DNA from: Vicinamibacterales bacterium
GTDB lineage: Bacteria > Acidobacteriota > Vicinamibacteria > Vicinamibacterales > UBA8438
Reading direction: 5' to 3'
NCBI GenBank assembly: GCA_965203565.1
Contig: OZ241896.1
Coordinates: 3,857,015 to 3,921,014, forward strand
DNA length: 64,000 nucleotides
The translations under genes were made by a program, and so were the position numbers. The notes beneath the pieces are model-generated. The model did no database searches and was not told where the DNA came from. It was given only the letters and a program-made list of their open reading frames with translations. Position 1 is the first letter of the stretch, and every line of letters begins with the position of its first letter. Positions 61,258-64,000 of the stretch are shown in pieces.

Positions 61258-62322
61258 ATGAGGCATCGATCCGCTGCGGCGTTCGGCGCGGCGCTGGCCG
61301 CGGCGGCGCTGCTCGCGCCCGGTCCGGCGGTGGGCCAGGGCGACGCCGCAGACGACTGGACGGTCGGCCGCACGCCGTGGGGCCATCCGGACCTCGCAGG
61401 GATCTGGAGCAGCAAGACGACGACGCCGCTCGAGCGCCCGGACGAGTACGGGGGGCGCGAGTACCTGACCGACGAGGAGATCGCCGAGCTGGAAAGCCGC
61501 GCCCTGCGGGCGTCGCAGGAAGGGTCCGGCGCCACCCTGCTGCCGGAGCGCGCGGAGCGGGGGACGGCGACGGACGTCGCGGGCGCCTACAACTCGGTCT
61601 TCAGCTCGCGCGGCACGACGGTGGTCCGGACCGGGCGAACGTCGCTCGTGATCGATCCGCCCGACGGCAGGATCCCGTACTCCGACGCCGGACGGGAGCG
61701 GGTGGCCGCCGAGGTCGCCTACCGGAAGGCGCTTTCCGCCGCCGACCTCGAAACCCACGTCACGATGGCGGAGGGTCCGGAGGACCGGCCGAACGACCGC
61801 TGCCTCGGTTTCACGCTCCCCTGCACCAGCATGTACTGCGCGTTTTCGCGGATCGTGCAGAGCCCCGACGCGGTCGCCCTCTATTACGAGGCGGGCCACA
61901 CCGGCGGCGCGTACCGCACCGTCCCGCTCGACGGCCGCGCGCATCCGCCCGCGCACGTGCGGCAGTGGTACGGCTATTCGGTCGGACGCTGGGAAGGCGA
62001 CACGCTGGTGGTCGACACCCGCAACTTCACCGACCGGCGGAGCGTGGAGGGGACCTCCACGCCGATCGGCTTCCGGGGCGCGGGGGAGACGTTCCAGCTC
62101 GTCGAGCGGTTCACCAGGACCGCGCCCGACATGATCCTCTACCGCGCGACCGTGGAGAACCCGGCGATGTACGCCCGTCCGTGGACGATCGAGATGCCGT
62201 GGATACGGGCCGCGGAGACGGACAACCAGATCTTCGAGGCGGCCTGCCACGAAGGGAACTACGGGCTGACCGGCATCCTCTCCGGCGCGCGCGCGATGGA
62301 GCGGGAGACGGCGGGACGGTAG
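61258..62322 (+). CDS. Secreted hypothetical protein (TPWGHPDL.G.W family)
   Basis: Signal peptide; TPLERP, DPPDGRIP, GRWEGDTLVVDT, EAACHEGN. Confidence 0.75.
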   Translation: MRHRSAAAFGAALAAAALLAPGPAVGQGDAADDWTVGRTPWGHPDLAGIWSSKTTTPLERPDEYGGREYLTDEEIAELESRALRASQEGSGATLLPERAERGTATDVAGAYNSVFSSRGTTVVRTGRTSLVIDPPDGRIPYSDAGRERVAAEVAYRKALSAADLETHVTMAEGPEDRPNDRCLGFTLPCTSMYCAFSRIVQSPDAVALYYEAGHTGGAYRTVPLDGRAHPPAHVRQWYGYSVGRWEGDTLVVDTRNFTDRRSVEGTSTPIGFRGAGETFQLVERFTRTAPDMILYRATVENPAMYARPWTIEMPWIRAAETDNQIFEAACHEGNYGLTGILSGARAMERETAGR

Positions 62323-62327
62323 CCGGC

Positions 62328-62669
62328 ATGCTCCCGCGCCGTCGGCCGTTGCGGCGCGCCGGCCTCTGCCTGCTGGCGCTGGCCGCCGCGGCGTCAAGCT
62401 GCTCCGGCGGGCCGGAGGAGGCGCAGGCTCCGGATGTCCGGCCGGCGGAGCCGCAGGTCACCGAAGCGCAGGCGATAGACGCCGCCCGGCGGCAGGCGCC
62501 GTTCGAGCCGGAGGCGGCGGAGGCCGAACTGGTCGCCGGCGGCGACCCGCCCGTCTGGCGGGTGGCGCTCCGCGGCCGGCGGCCGGGCGGGTCGGTCTTC
62601 CAGTTCGAGGAGGCCGTGGTGACGATAGACGCCCGCACCGGCGACGTCGTCGGCGTCGAACGGCCCTGA
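62328..62669 (+). CDS. PepSY-like lipoprotein
   Basis: Lipobox ASSC; VTEAQAIDAA...VTIDARTGDV. Confidence 0.6.
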   Translation: MLPRRRPLRRAGLCLLALAAAASSCSGGPEEAQAPDVRPAEPQVTEAQAIDAARRQAPFEPEAAEAELVAGGDPPVWRVALRGRRPGGSVFQFEEAVVTIDARTGDVVGVERP

Positions 62670-62679
62670 CCGCTGCTGG

Positions 62680-63069
62680 CTAATAGATGCGCCCGCGCAA
62701 CCGGTCGATGCTGAGCGGGCCGGAGCCTCGCGTCGCGAAGTACAGGAAGACGAAGCAGTACAGCGCCGCCAGCTCGCCCTGGTTCATGTTCGGCCAGAAC
62801 CCCCGCGGGGCGTGCGCGATGAAGTAGGCGACCGCCATCTGCCCGCTGCAGATGAACGCCGCGGCCGGCGTGAACAGGCCGACCATGATCAGCAGGCCGC
62901 CGACCAGCTCGATCAGGCCCGCGACCCCGAGCATGGAGAAGATCGGCTGCGACTGCTCGGCGCCGAGGCCGCCGAACACTTTCTGCACGCCGTGCAGCGT
63001 GAACAGGAACCCGGCCACGGCGCGGGCGATCGAATAGACGTGCTCCGACGCGAAAGTCAACAGCTTCAT
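62680..63069 (-). CDS. DoxX family membrane protein
   Basis: HGVQKVFG, ELVGG, SGQMAVAYF, GELAALYCF, GSGPLSID. Confidence 0.9.
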   Translation of the reverse strand: MKLLTFASEHVYSIARAVAGFLFTLHGVQKVFGGLGAEQSQPIFSMLGVAGLIELVGGLLIMVGLFTPAAAFICSGQMAVAYFIAHAPRGFWPNMNQGELAALYCFVFLYFATRGSGPLSIDRLRGRIY

Positions 63070-63240
63070 CGGCGGCCTCCCTCTGGCCTTGCCCGGTTTC
63101 CGGAACGCGCTGGCCCGCCTATCGTAATCGAAACGCCCGGATCGAGATCGGGCGACCTGCCGCCGCAGCCTGTCACAGCCCGTCTTCGTCGCGCTGGTTA
63201 GCGGCGACAGGGCTGATATACTCGCGCACGGAGGCTGGTC

Positions 63241-63870
63241 ATGAGCGGCGTCTTTGTCTATCTGGACAATTCCAACATCTTTCACGAAGCGCAGCGCCTG
63301 GCCGAAGAGCGCAACGGCGACATGAACGCCCGCTACCGCGTCCGTCTCCACTTCGAGAACCTGTTGCGCCTGGCCCACGCAGACCGTCCGTTGGTGAAGG
63401 CCATGGCCGCGGGATCGATTCCGCCGGCGCTGAGCGAACTCTGGAACCGCCTGTACAGCACCGGCGTCGAAGTCCATTTGTACGATCGCGGCGCGCCCAA
63501 CCACGGGGAACAGGAGACCCCGGACCAGTGGCTGCAACTGCGCATGCTGGAAGATATGGCGGACCACATGGACGATCCCGGGACCGTGGCTCTGTTGACC
63601 GGCGACGGCGCCGGCTACAACGACGGTCGAGGTTTCCACCGGACGCTGGAGCGGATGCACCGGTTCGGCTGGAAAGTGGAGGTCCTGTCCTGGGTGCATT
63701 CGTGCAATCGCCGGATGCGGGAGTGGGTGGCGTCCAGCGGCGCCTTCATACCGCTGGATGGCTACTACGACGCCATCACCTACACCACGCCGTCTCGCGC
63801 CGCGGACGAGCCGTCAGCAGGGCGCGTGGAGACAGAACTCGACTTGGCGAAACGCCCGCGGGCGGCGTGA
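63241..63870 (+). CDS. NYN (PIN-like) domain protein
   Basis: VYLDNSN, EQETPD, LLTGDG, GWKVEVLSW. Confidence 0.85.
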   Translation: MSGVFVYLDNSNIFHEAQRLAEERNGDMNARYRVRLHFENLLRLAHADRPLVKAMAAGSIPPALSELWNRLYSTGVEVHLYDRGAPNHGEQETPDQWLQLRMLEDMADHMDDPGTVALLTGDGAGYNDGRGFHRTLERMHRFGWKVEVLSWVHSCNRRMREWVASSGAFIPLDGYYDAITYTTPSRAADEPSAGRVETELDLAKRPRAA

Positions 63871-64000
63871 GGGAAGTTACGCAATGGCGAAGATAGAACC
63901 AACGGCTTTGCAGGAAGCGAAGAACTTCGTGCGATGGCTGGAGGATGATTTTACGCCCGGAGACAGAGCCAAGCAGCAGTAGAACAGCCCGCCGTACGAA

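Noticed and set aside
63884..63982. 32-aa ORF after the NYN gene
   Set aside because: Too short and too near the window edge to call; it may be a truncated gene.

Overview
High-GC bacterial window. The gene repertoire (PQQ dehydrogenases, TonB receptors, CxxCH/Cu-monooxygenase-like proteins, M16 pair) suggests Acidobacteriota; this is an inference. Most of it is ordinary envelope or metabolic genes. The main signal is a 158-159 bp non-autonomous palindromic element (MITE; ends CAGCCCGTGG...CCACGGGCTG), present in seven full copies, each with its own 4-bp target duplication. Six copies sit in or just upstream of one ~11 kb minus-strand defence operon (ABC ATPase, TOPRIM-like protein, DUF262/GmrSD, type III Mod, truncated ATPase, type III Res), in which every gene except DUF262 is broken. 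A second R-M system keeps its methyltransferase, but its NotI-like nuclease has an internal deletion. Also present: a HIRAN gene flanked by direct repeats related to the element's end; an IPTL-CTERM-like/tandem-exosortase/glycosylation locus behind a G14 tract; three CxxCH + PHM-like paralogs with two partner genes; and a TonB receptor operon with a Pho-box-like array. No tRNA, rRNA, CRISPR array or transposase was recognised. All family calls come from motif recognition, not database searches.
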